In this document: one piece after another, positions 11,140 through 23,891 of the stretch
Position numbering within the stretch: the stretch's first letter is position 1
Layout: every line of letters begins with the position of its first letter
Origin: Yuukianura sp. NJ FZ-2021
Taxonomy: Eukaryota
Length of the DNA: 64,000 nt
NCBI GenBank assembly: GCA_046563655.1
Contig: CM102285.1
Location: forward strand, 9,672,001 to 9,736,000
Direction: 5' to 3'
Program-made: the position numbers and the translations under genes
Notes under the pieces: generated by a model
The model's input: the letters and a program-made list of their open reading frames with translations, nothing else
Told to the model about the DNA's origin: nothing
Database searches by the model: none

Positions 11140-14100
11140 ATCCTTGGGTAATCTCTGGGCAAGAGTCCACTTTGTTAATGTGAGATTGGATATGTTGGCT
11201 ACTAGACGGGGGTCGTTGGTTGTTTAGTTAATGTGCCCTCCAGTACTGTTTTGTGGTCTCTGACTATCGGTTTTGTCTTTGTCTATCGACTCCTTGATCC
11301 TCAACAGCTTCGGTCACTTTTCCTATGTCTGCAATGTCACGTAGGCCAAGCTAGAAATGTAGTTTACCGGCACACCTTTCAGTAAGTACCCCGCTGTAAA
11401 TCAAAACAAAACAACCCATTTTAGTTGAAATTGTGGTGCTTATTAGTGTAAAATTATCAAAAAACATGAGCAAACATAAACGCCAACGGCATCTTTTCAT
11501 CTCTCATTTTCAGATTTGCAGAAATTACGATGAGATGATCTGAAGCATGACAAGGACCTAAAATAGTAAAACCCAAAACATTCCGTTCTGTTTTTATTTT
11601 CGGGGTTTTGGTCATTTCCAATTCAGAACCGTTTGATTACAGCTTCAAAATTTATCGCGCAAGCAACTTTCTCTGCTTTCACCATCGTTTTCGGTTGGCA
11701 TCTTTCACTAGACTGTTTGTTTAAATTGAACTAAAAAATCAACAACCTGGAGCCTACATTTTACTTTAGGGCGACATGATTCTTTACAAAGAACACTGTG
11801 ATGAAGATACAAACTTGACTTGACCGTCAACAGTATCAAAATCAACACAAATTAATCAACATGAGAGACAACTCCTTAGAAGTTCTCCTTCAACAACCAA
11901 AGACCACAAAAAAGACAAGGAAAGAAAACAATTATTAATCTGTTTGACAATTTCACAACATTTGACATCAGATCAAGGCAGTTTGACTCCTTTTTTATGG
12001 AACTAGAACGCTCTAGAACAAAATTTGAAGATTATTTCCAGTCAATAGTTCATCGCTACCTAAAAACATAAAATCCTTGGAGTTTGTAAACTCTATCCTT
12101 GAGCTTCCACAAAAAGTGCAACTGCAACCTCAAACCGCTTTTTTCGATGACGTTGACTTGAGGTCATGTCATCAGCTCTAGCCAGAAAACCTACAGTATT
12201 ATATTTATCGCTGCCATGTCTTTCTAAAGTGCTGACGCTTTCGAAGCCACTTTAACTGGACTTTTAAGGGAAAAGTACCAAGAGATCTCAAAACACCGCT
12301 GGGCTGGATTGAACCGCCGCTACAATTGCGTAACTTCTCTAGTCGTCATCACAAGCGACATTAAAAGACTTATCTCATAAAGTTCTCATAAAGTGGACCA
12401 GCAACAAATTCTGGTCAAGTCCAGTATTCAAAATCAAGTTTTTCTTTTTAATTTAACTCCGCTGCAAGCATAAGCATTACTCGACTCAATTCGTTGTCTT
12501 TGCCATCGGTATCCTCAAAATAAGTGTATTCCAGAAATGATCACTAATTTCCAATTCTGTTTTATTTCGAACGCAAAATTTTTTTTTACGATTTCTTGAT
12601 TGTTAGAATATAAAATTACTTTCGCGCATTATGTATGATTGGCTTTGCTTTGCACTTATACAAGTATTGACATTTTAGTAAATTGAGTGTTTAAAAATCT
12701 TTAATCAGAAAACAGTCTTTACCACCTATGAAATGCTGCGAACCGGTTTCAAAAGTGCATTTTAAGGTTGTTTCTATGATGTGCATTCGAGGTCACCCGC
12801 AAGTGGCCATAAAAGACCCCTCACGTTTAAAGCCCTACGAAACATAAACATTTGTTGCTAAGCTTAGGGTGAAACTGGCGCTTGGACGAACCAAATTTCC
12901 GAAAACCAAGTCCTTCCCTGTAGTATACCAAAAATGAAATTTTGAAAGGGGGAGGTTTAACTTCATTTTTCGTATATTAGGGCAGTTCCAAATTTTCGCT
13001 TGCACTTCTGCAACTTGACAGGGAAAAAGTACATGGAAAAAGTAGTGCAGATGGGAAAAGTGGGGAGAAGTACCAAGTGGTGAAGGGCCCCCTCACTCCG
13101 CCAATGCCTCTTTTGCGATGAATTCGGAGTGGGGAGTAGTGGCTCCCTTCAAAAATGCAATATGGCTCCACCAGCCTCCGTCTGTCCATACAATAATGGA
13201 TACTTTCAGTTTTGCCTATTTTATTATTCTCCCAAATGGTACAACAAGGGAAGGGGGACTTAGAAGGGGAAGGATCCCTTGGCACAGGCTCCTTCCTTGC
13301 AATACGGAATGTTAAGCGCCACTACTGCACTTCTGCTAAACCAGATCACAAATATAACAGTTTCCTTGAAACCAAGGAATACTTTCATCTCCAATCCATT
13401 GTTTAGTACAAGCTCCAAATAGCTGCCAAAGTAGCACTCAAGGAACGAAAAAGAACTCAAAGTCCGTACGCTATCGTCTTAAGTTACTCACTTCAACAAC
13501 CTAGGTCACCTTCAAACTGGCACAAAAAATACTAAGGGCCCTTAAGAACGTGGATTTCCCCGCTACAACTTTCCAAATAATATCAAACCAAGTTCTTGGA
13601 CAATTTTAAAGTTACATTTTGAGTGCTTGAAAACTTTCACCAACATTGTTTAGCTCCGAATTCTGCCCAGTTAAAGCTATTTTCAGCGTATGAAGAATGA
13701 CAGTGTCAAGGTTGTTTACGAATTTTCGTTGACAAAACGGGTAAGAAGGCATTTTTTTTAGAATTGAATTGGAATTAGAAATTTAAAATAGAAATTCTCT
13801 CCGCAAAAGCACGAAAATGCTTAACACGTCATTGTTTTTGAATTTCTGTTTCAGTTTACTTTTAGGGGAAAGAAAAAAAAGTTACATCCTAAATTAAATT
13901 ATGTAATTTAGCTGAGTCCGGAATTGTAGGATTCGGAAAGTAGCGAAACTGGCCACTAAGATTGAAGGGAAATACATTTGCTGTAACTAATTTTTTTTAA
14001 CAAGGACGTTAAATCAAGACAAATGTTTCGAAATTTATCATTTGGTCAAGCCTGACTAGATCATCGATTCAACACTGTATTTAATATCGAAAATGAAAAT

Positions 14101-14622
14101 ATGGTTCGAAAATCGAAATATGTCGAATTAATAATGGTCTGAATAATTGGGGGCCTAGCATAACCTTGCCGGAAAAATTCAAGCTTTCAAAAACGGCTTC
14201 AAAACATTATACATTATGTAGTAGCTTATAAAAGAGTAAACAAAGTGATAGTAGTAGTAAGGTTAAAAGTTACTAAACTCTGAACCGCGGTTCACGTCAT
14301 GTTCCAGCCAACACGCAGAAAAGCGGCTATGTAAAAGCGTCATTTCTCTAATCTCCGCTAAGAATCTCAGCCACTAATTGCTTTGCTTTCAAGTAATTTT
14401 TGCAAGGTTACACACACTTCTTCGCTGTTGTTAACCCCAAGTGTTAATTACTTGTTAAATACTTATGCAAATCCCCACACTCTTCCAATACACTTTCCTC
14501 CCATGCTGATTTCCTGTTTTGTCTTATTCCAGGTAAACAGATCAACAACTCCTTAACAAATCCCGTTATTGGTTGAAGTAAGGCCATGCTCCTCACGTTC
14601 TCCCTGTAACGTCCACCTTACA

Positions 14623-17600
14623 ATGGGATCAATCGTTGAAGATCTGGAGACACTCCGTGGTTCTGCCACGAATGCAGAACTTGATGAAGCTGGATTTGGT
14701 GATGTTGATGGTGAAAAGGTTAATTCCTGGCCTTCCCTACCCTCTTCATCAGTGAGCAAGTCAACTAGGAAGAAGAAGAAGAACAATGGGGGAGTTTCTA
14801 CAATCGAATCAACATCTTCCCTACTAGTTCCTTCAGCTGCTGCAACTCGTTCAAGCGGAGTCATCCAAACTGCTGCAACAATTGGAAACAACTCCAATCA
14901 TCCTCCAGGTCGACGCATCTTCACTTCCGAGTTCAAACAAAGCGTCCTCGAAGCTTACACTTCTGACCCTGAATGTATTGGAAATCAAAGAGCTACTGCC
15001 CGGAAGTTCAACATCCACCGACGACAAGTTCAAAAATGGTTGACTCAATTAGACAAGGTTAGTCATCATCATTGTACGACTGTAAAAATACCCTCAATTT
15101 CAATTACGGCTGTACAACCCTTCAAAAACTCCACTTTCAAGCAGTTTACAGTCGTTATTTCATGTTTTCTACTAAAAATTCAAGGTTAAGTTTAAGCACA
15201 AAAGCTGTTCCAAAAGTGCTGTTTAACCTTGGAATATTGTTTGAGGAGGTTGAACCTTAAGGCAGGGCCAGTAATAATAATAACAGTGCTCTCTGACTTC
15301 CTCATCCACCCCATTCCATTTATCTTTGAACACGATACAGGAACACATAACCAAGTAACCAACTTTGGAAAAGCAATAAAAAGTTTAGGGAAGGGAGCTT
15401 TGACGTTATTTTTTGTGTGTTTGTAGTCAAAGAGTTGAAGTACAGCAGGGAATGGCTGGAAACCATCATAAGTCCAATGAATGTTCCTGGAAAGTCGGAA
15501 GGGGGTGGATGATCGTTGCACTGGTGGTGGTGATGTATTTTATTATTGGGGTAGGGCAGTAGATGTGATAAAGCAGAGGGGAAAATAGTAACAGCAAACT
15601 GAAAATTGGACTTGAAAACGCAAGGCCTTGTTTAATTCCTCTTTGAACAATTTAAAACTTCAGATTCAGAACACATTCCGCAAAAAAACTAACCTTTTAC
15701 CCCAAAAACTACCTTTTAACGCCGTCGTATCACAGCAAAATACTTTCGGCTTCCCTTAATTCTAATCCTGTTCCGATTACAATTCACAGTCAAACAGAAA
15801 TTACGCGAACCAAACCTCTCTATTACGAGTTAGATAAATTTCAAACCCCGGTGGATTTCGATTTAAATAGAAAATATACAACTTTTTTTTTTTAAATATG
15901 AGATGCCCAAAGACACAACAATGGTCAATCTTCGCCCGGGAACACTTGAACCAAAGACGAAGCCCTTGAAGTCCTTCGAATTTTTTACTAACTAAAATCC
16001 GAAATAGTTACTGCAAATGCTTGAGCTTGCTATCTTGCTCAAGGGAAGGGCCCTTCATTTTCTTAAGTCAAGTTTCCAACCCCTTACGAGAAAAAAAAAG
16101 CGTCAAGGAATGGAATCTTGTCCTATTATAGTTTGTCTATTTTTAGAAGGCGGTTTTCAAATTTGAAAAAATTTCAGTCGCCTTATGGACCGTTAACATA
16201 GAAATTATCAATTTTGTGAAATTTTATATGCAAACCTAATGGAGAAAGTGTTTTTCAAAAACTGAGTTTTGCCATAAGCGTCGCAATGGAAGCGAAAAAA
16301 TCAACGAAACAAACCCGCCTTCTAAAAATAGACAAACTATAGATTTAACGCTTTTATAAATCCCTGATGTGGCAAAGTCAGTTCGCTTGATAAGTTCCTC
16401 TACAGTAAAAAACTAAAAAGTGAAGGGATTTCATTCCAGTTTCACGGATGACTCTGCTTTAAAAAAATACCATAATAATAAGGACTTGAAGGGCTCCCAA
16501 AAAAAACTTCCCCATACAAGGACTTCAAGGTAGACAGACACAAAAAATTAAGAATCTTTGCTTGAGGGTGGTTGAGGAAAAGCAGGACTTGGAGAAGAAG
16601 CCCTTCAAAGGCAAAAAATAATACAAAGAACTCCTCCACAACTTTTAAGTTGCAGTGGTTGCAACTTGTCCTAATCAAGGCTATTTTAAGGGCCCCACTC
16701 CTCCGTTGGGCCTTTATGCAGGGAGTACTTACGTAAGAGTTGAGTCAGTGTGAGTTTGGCCTTGAATAGAAATTGAGCCCTTGCGTGTGAGTGCATTATT
16801 TGTGCAGGAACAAACGTCTTTGGCTACAAACCAGCCCTTCCTCCTACCCTCAAAGTCTCCTTACACTTGAATTTCAAAACTATTCCCACCCAAACCCCAA
16901 CCTACGCTAAAAAATTCCAAATATAAGTTTTAAACCCTATTCTTGGTTTACACACGCACAGAAACACATCTCTTCCATTTTTGTACAAATTCTGCTGGAA
17001 ACAAGTCAAGGGCTAATTTTAAATTTTTTTTGACAAACACAAACCAACGTAATACAACTTTGAACTACAAATTGCAGCTATAAAGTGCAGTTATTGTGTT
17101 GGCTAACGGAGTTGGCAACTGACTTGACCTTGCTCAATGGGGGTGAAAGGTGATCTCTGATCACTTTATCTTATCTACAGGACACGACGACACTTAAGCT
17201 GTCATAGTGAGCTAAGCATGCCCTATGAACTGTGTGGGTTTTGGTGAAAGTTTTTCTGGAGAAACAAAGAAAAAGTTCCACTGGATTGTTCAAACAAAAG
17301 CTTGGGAGCAATGCAATAGTTTGTTTCAGTTGTACAAAACAGTCTAAAAAAGCTGTACCAAGTGTAAATAGCAACGAGAAATTAGTAAGTACCAACTTTT
17401 ACATAACTGTTTACTAAAAGTTCAACAAAGCAACAAACATTTTACAAAGTTAGTAGAATTTCTGAATCCTAAACAAAAATTGCGTTTGTGGCGGAATAAA
17501 TCTCTTGTTCTGATAGGATTTCAATTTCAACGATAATTTCAATTTCAAATTCAAACAATTTGGAACAATTTGAAGTTATAAAAACACTTCTCGCAACAAC

Positions 17601-19896
17601 GACTCAATTTCCCTGTAAGTTCTCAGCAATTTTTTTTTCTGGAGAATTCGATTTGAACGTTTCAATTCTTTTCGAGTTGGCATTAGCAAGAACGTGTTCT
17701 AACAATAATAGTTTTTCTAGAAAAGAAATGTCGACTCCACTTTTACATAAAACTTGTACGTAGTCCAAGAAGATAAATTGAAAACGACAAGTCGAACTCT
17801 GCTCTGCTCTGGTTGGATTATTGACAATCCCATATCAATTTTCCATTTCCCTTTGCGTTTGCACAGACGTTTTTGTTGACCCATCTCTATTACTTCTAAA
17901 TTAGGAACTGCGTTAGATCTAACTAAACATTGGAAAATTGACAAATCCCAGCAAATAAGAAAACAGCATCGTAGGATATGAGAAATGACAGTTACGAAGG
18001 TTATTACTGTCTTGGACTGAATAAAATTCGCCTTCCCTAGTTCCACTTCCAGCCCCCCTTTCCTTGTTCCTTCATGCGCTTAAATTCGGAAACTCTGAGC
18101 TAGTTTATCCTCATTTTGAGAAATCGGATTAGAGGAATAGAGTAGAGCTTAATTCGTGCTTCGCACTGAAATAGGTCGGATTAGCTGATTTCTGAGAAAC
18201 AATTGTTTGTAAGTGACACATGAACAACTAGAATTTTGAAATTAAGAATTTACAAAGCACAAAACTGTGTTCAAAGTTGCCTAGTCTTCGGCTGCATTCG
18301 CATTCCACTCCACACGTGAAAGTGAACAAATTCAAAGTAAAGATGCATCAAGTTCGCTAAACGTAATCGTAATCTCCATGCGACAGTTCAAATCTGATTT
18401 GATTCTGAAACTTATTGAAACCCTGCTTAAAACTCTCAAGCGACAGCTAAATTATCGCAAATTGTTAATTTTTGAAAATTTTGTATTCACAGGAAGGGGA
18501 AGTGTTATCCCATTCATCGTCGCTTGACGCGGGCGTTCTCACGCCAGACGGAACCAGTAGCAACAACGACAGTCCGTCGTCATCCTCATCATCTTACGAC
18601 AAAGAACAAGAAAATACAAAGGAGCACTTATTCCAGCCTGAACAAGGTGACCAGCCACAGGATAGTGGCCTGTCTCCAACTTCAAATTGTTCCAAAGTGC
18701 CAGTAGATCTTTGTACAATGTCAAGTGCCGCCATGGCCATGAGCCTCAACCTCACGCAGACTCCGAACCCCAACAGTATCATGTCCAACTCCATTGGACA
18801 CCTCAAGCGACCATATCATTCCAGTAGCCTTTTCAGCTCCGAATTGCCTAGAAGTAACGGCAGTCCTAGCCCAACGTCCACAAATCACCTAGTGCCACCG
18901 ACTATTCCGTCACCGAATTCACTCCTGTCAAAATTCTACAGCTTGTACGCACCAACGCTATCCCGAGAGTCTAATTCCATTGAGCCACCGAAGTACCAGC
19001 TACCAAATCTAAATGGCGACTCGCTGGCTAAGGGCCATCTTGGATCCGGACCTGCACCAGCAAAAGTACAACAATCGAGTTCAAAACCACGACGGAGCAA
19101 TAGACAAAGACAACAGAGTACAAATGGAACCAATAATACAATGTCTCACGCCCAGCATATTCAGATTTTAGATGAAATTGCTGCAGCATATCCACATGAC
19201 GATTTCAGTCTCCTAAGACAAGCTGTCCTTCGCAACGAAGTTTCCTTTACAAAAGTTCCCTCGTCTACACCAAAGTCAACATTCTTTCCTGAGGCAGAAG
19301 CCAGTCCAGACTCGAATGGACGAGGTTTTGGTCGGTATAACGGTAAAGGAGGATCAGAACATGCTAGGTCCAGAACCAGTTCTCCAACATCCATATCCCC
19401 TAAAAACAATCAAAATCAAACAAGTAACAACACCTTGGCACAACTTTTAGGCCAAGCTCTAGGACCACAAGATGTTCAGCGCCAACAAACTGATTACATG
19501 AGACTTGTTCACCAATCTGCTGGCCTCAATTTTCCAGATCTTTCTCCCGAAGGAATTGACACACCCAATGCAAACAATTCCATTTCGATGAAGTATCCTC
19601 TACTGCTTGCCCAGGCTGCAGCGACACTCGGACTTCCACTACTGGCTACACCACCCCCTCAACCGCCTCATGTCAATGGACAAAGAAAGTCACCACCACA
19701 TCCTCATGTCTTTGTATCTCCAAAACCACCGAGTAGTAATTCCAAGCCAAAAACTAAAAACAAAAGAAAAAATTCCAAACCGAATCAAATCTGTGATTTT
19801 CAACAAGACTTGGAAGATGAAGATTTGGGACTGGGACTCGACGTTCCACTCGACATGATGATTCCAATCAAAAAGCGACGAATGTCGTCACAATAA
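14623..19896 (+). CDS. brk: Brinker-like transcriptional repressor (BrkDBD); coding exons 14623-15057 and 18493-19896, about 612 aa
   Basis: RRIFTSEFKQSVLEAY...CIGNQRATARKFNIHRRQVQKWL is the Brinker DNA-binding domain. Phase-0 GT-AG intron 15058-18492; PxDL-type motifs in the low-complexity C-terminus. Confidence 0.8.
16127..16341. mobile_element. MITE-like element with 27-bp perfect terminal inverted repeats (outer TA is the probable target-site duplication)
   Basis: TATAGTTTGTCTATTTTTAGAAGGCGG (16127-16153) is the exact reverse complement of CCGCCTTCTAAAAATAGACAAACTATA (16315-16341). The interior is non-coding. Confidence 0.8.
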
Positions 19897-21762
19897 AAAT
19901 TTATGTCCTGCTCATACTTTAAACAGGTAAACTTTTTACAGTTTAAAGCATTCTGGTGTTGTACCAAAGTATTTGCGTCCTCGAGTGCTAAAATACAGTT
20001 TCTGTTTCAGATGGATTTGGATCACGTGGAGCTTACGCATAGCGGGATAAAAGAACTGAAAAACGACTGATTAGCTAAGAAGAAGAACTGAAGTTAAACA
20101 AAGAAGGCTGAATTCTGTGAAACTACTCAAGGGAAATGAGAGACTGCTACCTAATTCGTGCAAACTTAATAGTTAAAGTTAAAGATTTAATTTACGATGT
20201 TATTCTGTTACCTTTGACTACGCTTATGAGCCGTGCCTGGAAAACGATCGAAATGTTGTACCGAATAGTCGAGTACGTCCCTACCTACCGAACTGGAGCC
20301 ATGAGCAATTAGTTGATCTCTGATCTGCGTTCAAAGAGTTTATTTTCTCCCTGTATTTATCATTTTTTTAAAGTACTGAAAACCCTCCCCATAATAAAAC
20401 TGTTAACCGTGTTATCAAATTACGTTATAAGTGAAAACAAGGATCGATGCTTAAGGGTAGCGGTTTAATTAAGCAAGAGATAATCACCTATTTAACTTTA
20501 AGTTACTTATTGCCGTAGTAGTATAAAGAACTGAAGCGAAAACTCGATGATGAAACCAAATTACCTTCATTGTTAGTTTCCTAAGAACTAAAGTTATGGT
20601 TGTAGAATTAAACCAATTCGCCTTTAGAATTACCTCAATAAATTGTACAAACTTAGAAACGTTTACACTACAACAAACCACTCAATTGCAAAGCAAATGT
20701 TGAATGAAAGAATGCATTACCTTTCACCTTTTCGGTTTCTGGAGATCGGAACCGGAAGCTGGAGACTGCTTAGCATTCAAGGATAAGAATCGATCCCTTA
20801 GGTTGGAGGAATTCCAGCATTAATGATCTAAATTCAACAACCATAAATTCGTTAGTGATTGGTACTTCGGCAATTGGTGAGATCGATATTAAATTGGTTT
20901 TGGTAGTTCTGGTTGGTACGTTTTCAATTTACAAGTTCCTTTACTTTCTTTATTTGAGAATTGAGATCTCCATCTCATTTAATGGCACAAATCAGAATCA
21001 GATCACTTACCAATCTTTACGATGATAAGTTCTGCAATGAAGTTTGTCAGTTCATTAACCGCTGTGTCAGTGTACTAAATTACTTCAAAATTACGAACTT
21101 ATTCAAATAACAGCAGCAAACTTTGTTGAAAATGAAATTGAAAACAAAATCAAAAAATAATGTTTGTTTTGAATGATCTCTTTGAATTTCGCGGGCGAAG
21201 ATTACGAGATCTCTTCGGACGAGACGGGAATCCCCAACTTGGGATTACGAACCACCACCATATTGGTATTGCAAAACGAAAATATCAAAGTAAGAAAAAT
21301 AAAAACGATTAGCAAACGTTAGCACGATTGCTGATCATAATAACAGTATGCTAACCTCTAGTCCTTGTCAGTTTAACGTTCCCCATGAAGGCTGCGAAGC
21401 ACAATGGCGTTACTTTAGGTGGTAAATAGGCGCCAATAATTTAATTTTTGATGTTTATTGAACATTGTCTAAATTAAGAACTCCCTCTTTGACATTCCAT
21501 TGATAAGTAATTACTCAAAAACCCCCACAAAACTCGAAAGCAAAAGCTATCGTTACACAAGTTATGTAACACAGCCAGAATCATTAATGCTTAGCAGATA
21601 ATGACAATGTCGCCCAATTCCAATTGAGGAAACTTATAATTTCAAAGTTACAGCAGACAACCTTGATAAATCCATACCATATGAATTACTTGACTTGATT
21701 AGCTAACTTTAGTTAATGCTGTTTAAACAAATTGCCCTTGGAACATGATTTGTAAATCTCTT

Positions 21763-22811
21763 TTACGGAATGATTCTTTGCAGAAACTGCTTGACATCGT
21801 CTAACTCTTCGGGACAGGATGAGTGTCCCAACCTTGGATACGCCTTGAATTGATACCCTGTCAGATGACTCTTTAGTAACTGGGATGACAAGAGCCCGAA
21901 CTCGTAGTGAACCAAAGGGTCACTCTGCCCATGACACTGAAGTACTGGTACTTTCTGAACATTGCTGAGATCGATTTTCTTGTGAAGAGGGAGCCATGCT
22001 GACAGTGCAACTAAGCCTCCCAGCTTCTTTGGACCCGTGAGACCAACATGGAGAGCCAAACTACCGCCCTGGCTGAATCCTCCAAGAATAATACGATCGG
22101 CTGGAATTCCATTCGCAATCTGAAATCGTAAAACCTTTTGAATCAATAATATCAACGTCAGGTTGTAAAACATAGCTCATAAATCAGCACTGGTAATACC
22201 CAACCAAACGTACCTCCTGATCAATCAAGCCTTGAATGACTTGTGCTGCTCGCAATATTCCTGGCTCATCTTCTGGAGTGTTCGGATCCAATGATCTCAA
22301 GTCAAACCACGACGGCATTTCCATACCTCCATTTAGAGTCACCGGCATCTTGGCTCTGCAATGGATACATTCAAGTTAAGAATTTCGGTGGTTACAAGAA
22401 CATTAACAAGAACATTAGTGCAAATGCACGGTCGGCAGATCATAAATCGTGTCATGAGAACTTGCATATCGTTTTAGAAATATAACAAGACATACGCTGT
22501 GGGACATATCAATTTACAACCGCTTGGCTTCAAGGAGCTTAAGGTTCCAGACCATCCGTGGCTAAAAAGTGAATAGACCAACCATTAATGAGCGGAATGA
22601 CGCAAAGAAATTAGACCAAACGCAATAACTTACCCAGTATCCCCCAACCCATGCAAGAAGATAAACTAAAACCAAAAACAAAGAGGAACCATAACACAAA
22701 ACAGTCCATAGTCCATATTATCAAGTTTTTTCTATCGTTATACGGGAATCGTGTTACCGTAGACGTTTGTTTTCCAGTAGAGGCCACAGTCACTGGATTT
22801 TTTGACGACAT
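21763..22811 (-). CDS. Apt1: Acyl-protein thioesterase 1/2 (lysophospholipase), 5 coding exons
   Basis: IFLHGLGDTGHGW; ICPTAAKMPVTLNGGMEMPSWFDL; GGFSQGG nucleophile motif; QCHGQSDPLV; GHSSCPEEL. Confidence 0.95.
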
Positions 22812-23891
22812 CTTCACAAACGTGTGATACAAAACAACAGAAACCAGGAAAACAGAAAAGAAAGACACAATAAGAGCTGCCGTATGCACGTTTGATTCTT
22901 CCAATACGAAACTCGGCGAGTAGTACTACTAATCCTCGTTGTGGGTGTTGTTGGGTGTAAACAGTGAAATCCAAAACCTAGCCGTTTATGTTGTGTGATG
23001 TTGGTTGGATATCTGAGAGTAAAGCAAGGTTACATTTGATTAGAAGTAAATTGAATGCACAAATTCGATTTTACTAAAACTCACAGTTCCGGACTCACCT
23101 TCCAGTGTAGTAAATCCACGTCCAACAACTAAACTGTTAATGGGAAAAGGAATGCGTTGGAAAAATTCGTTTACTTGTGCAATTAGTTAATTTAATTAGT
23201 TCCGGGGTTCTTTTCCTCGAAGAAGACCAAAGGGCGAGATCAAGGAAACAGCTGACAGGACAGACAGATTTGACAACTGATTGAGCTTGTCTCAGCGCAT
23301 GCTCAAACAAAATTTAAAATCCAATATTTGTTCAGTCCCCTTTACATGGGCAGGCATGAGTTCTTCAATAATGAACGAGATGCGGACAACTTCTTATTGG
23401 ACATCCCATGATCAATAATTAATCAATAGGTAAATCTGTCGTCTAAATAGTCGTCACCAGCCATGGTTATGCTATGCAGAAACTGATGATTTACTAAACG
23501 TTTGCTTACCTAAAATGAATTAAGAACTTGGTAATTGGTAAAGATGATGACCGTCTCCCCCCTCAAATTCAAGGCTTTTGAATACGTTTTTATAAATAAA
23601 TGATTTCCGCTTATTCTCTCACCGTTCGACTTTCCTTTATAAAATATACGTCATAATGCACATTGAAGATAACAAAGCCCTAAGAACAACAACCTACTGG
23701 TATCATCAGGTTGAACGAAGAAACGTCTCAATTACGAAAACTATTTTCACTCTAAAAACTACTCAAACTAAACATCAAACATCACATCACAAACGACTCC
23801 ACATTTTGAAGAGCATAAAGACAAACGGCGCGAGTCGTGTCAAATCACCGAGCCCTTCTCTTCGTCCTCAATTCCAAGTTTAGCGCGAACC

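Noticed and set aside
22358..22496. Possible U12-type intron in Apt1
   Set aside because: The donor reads GTATGT, an ordinary U2 site, not GTATCCTT.
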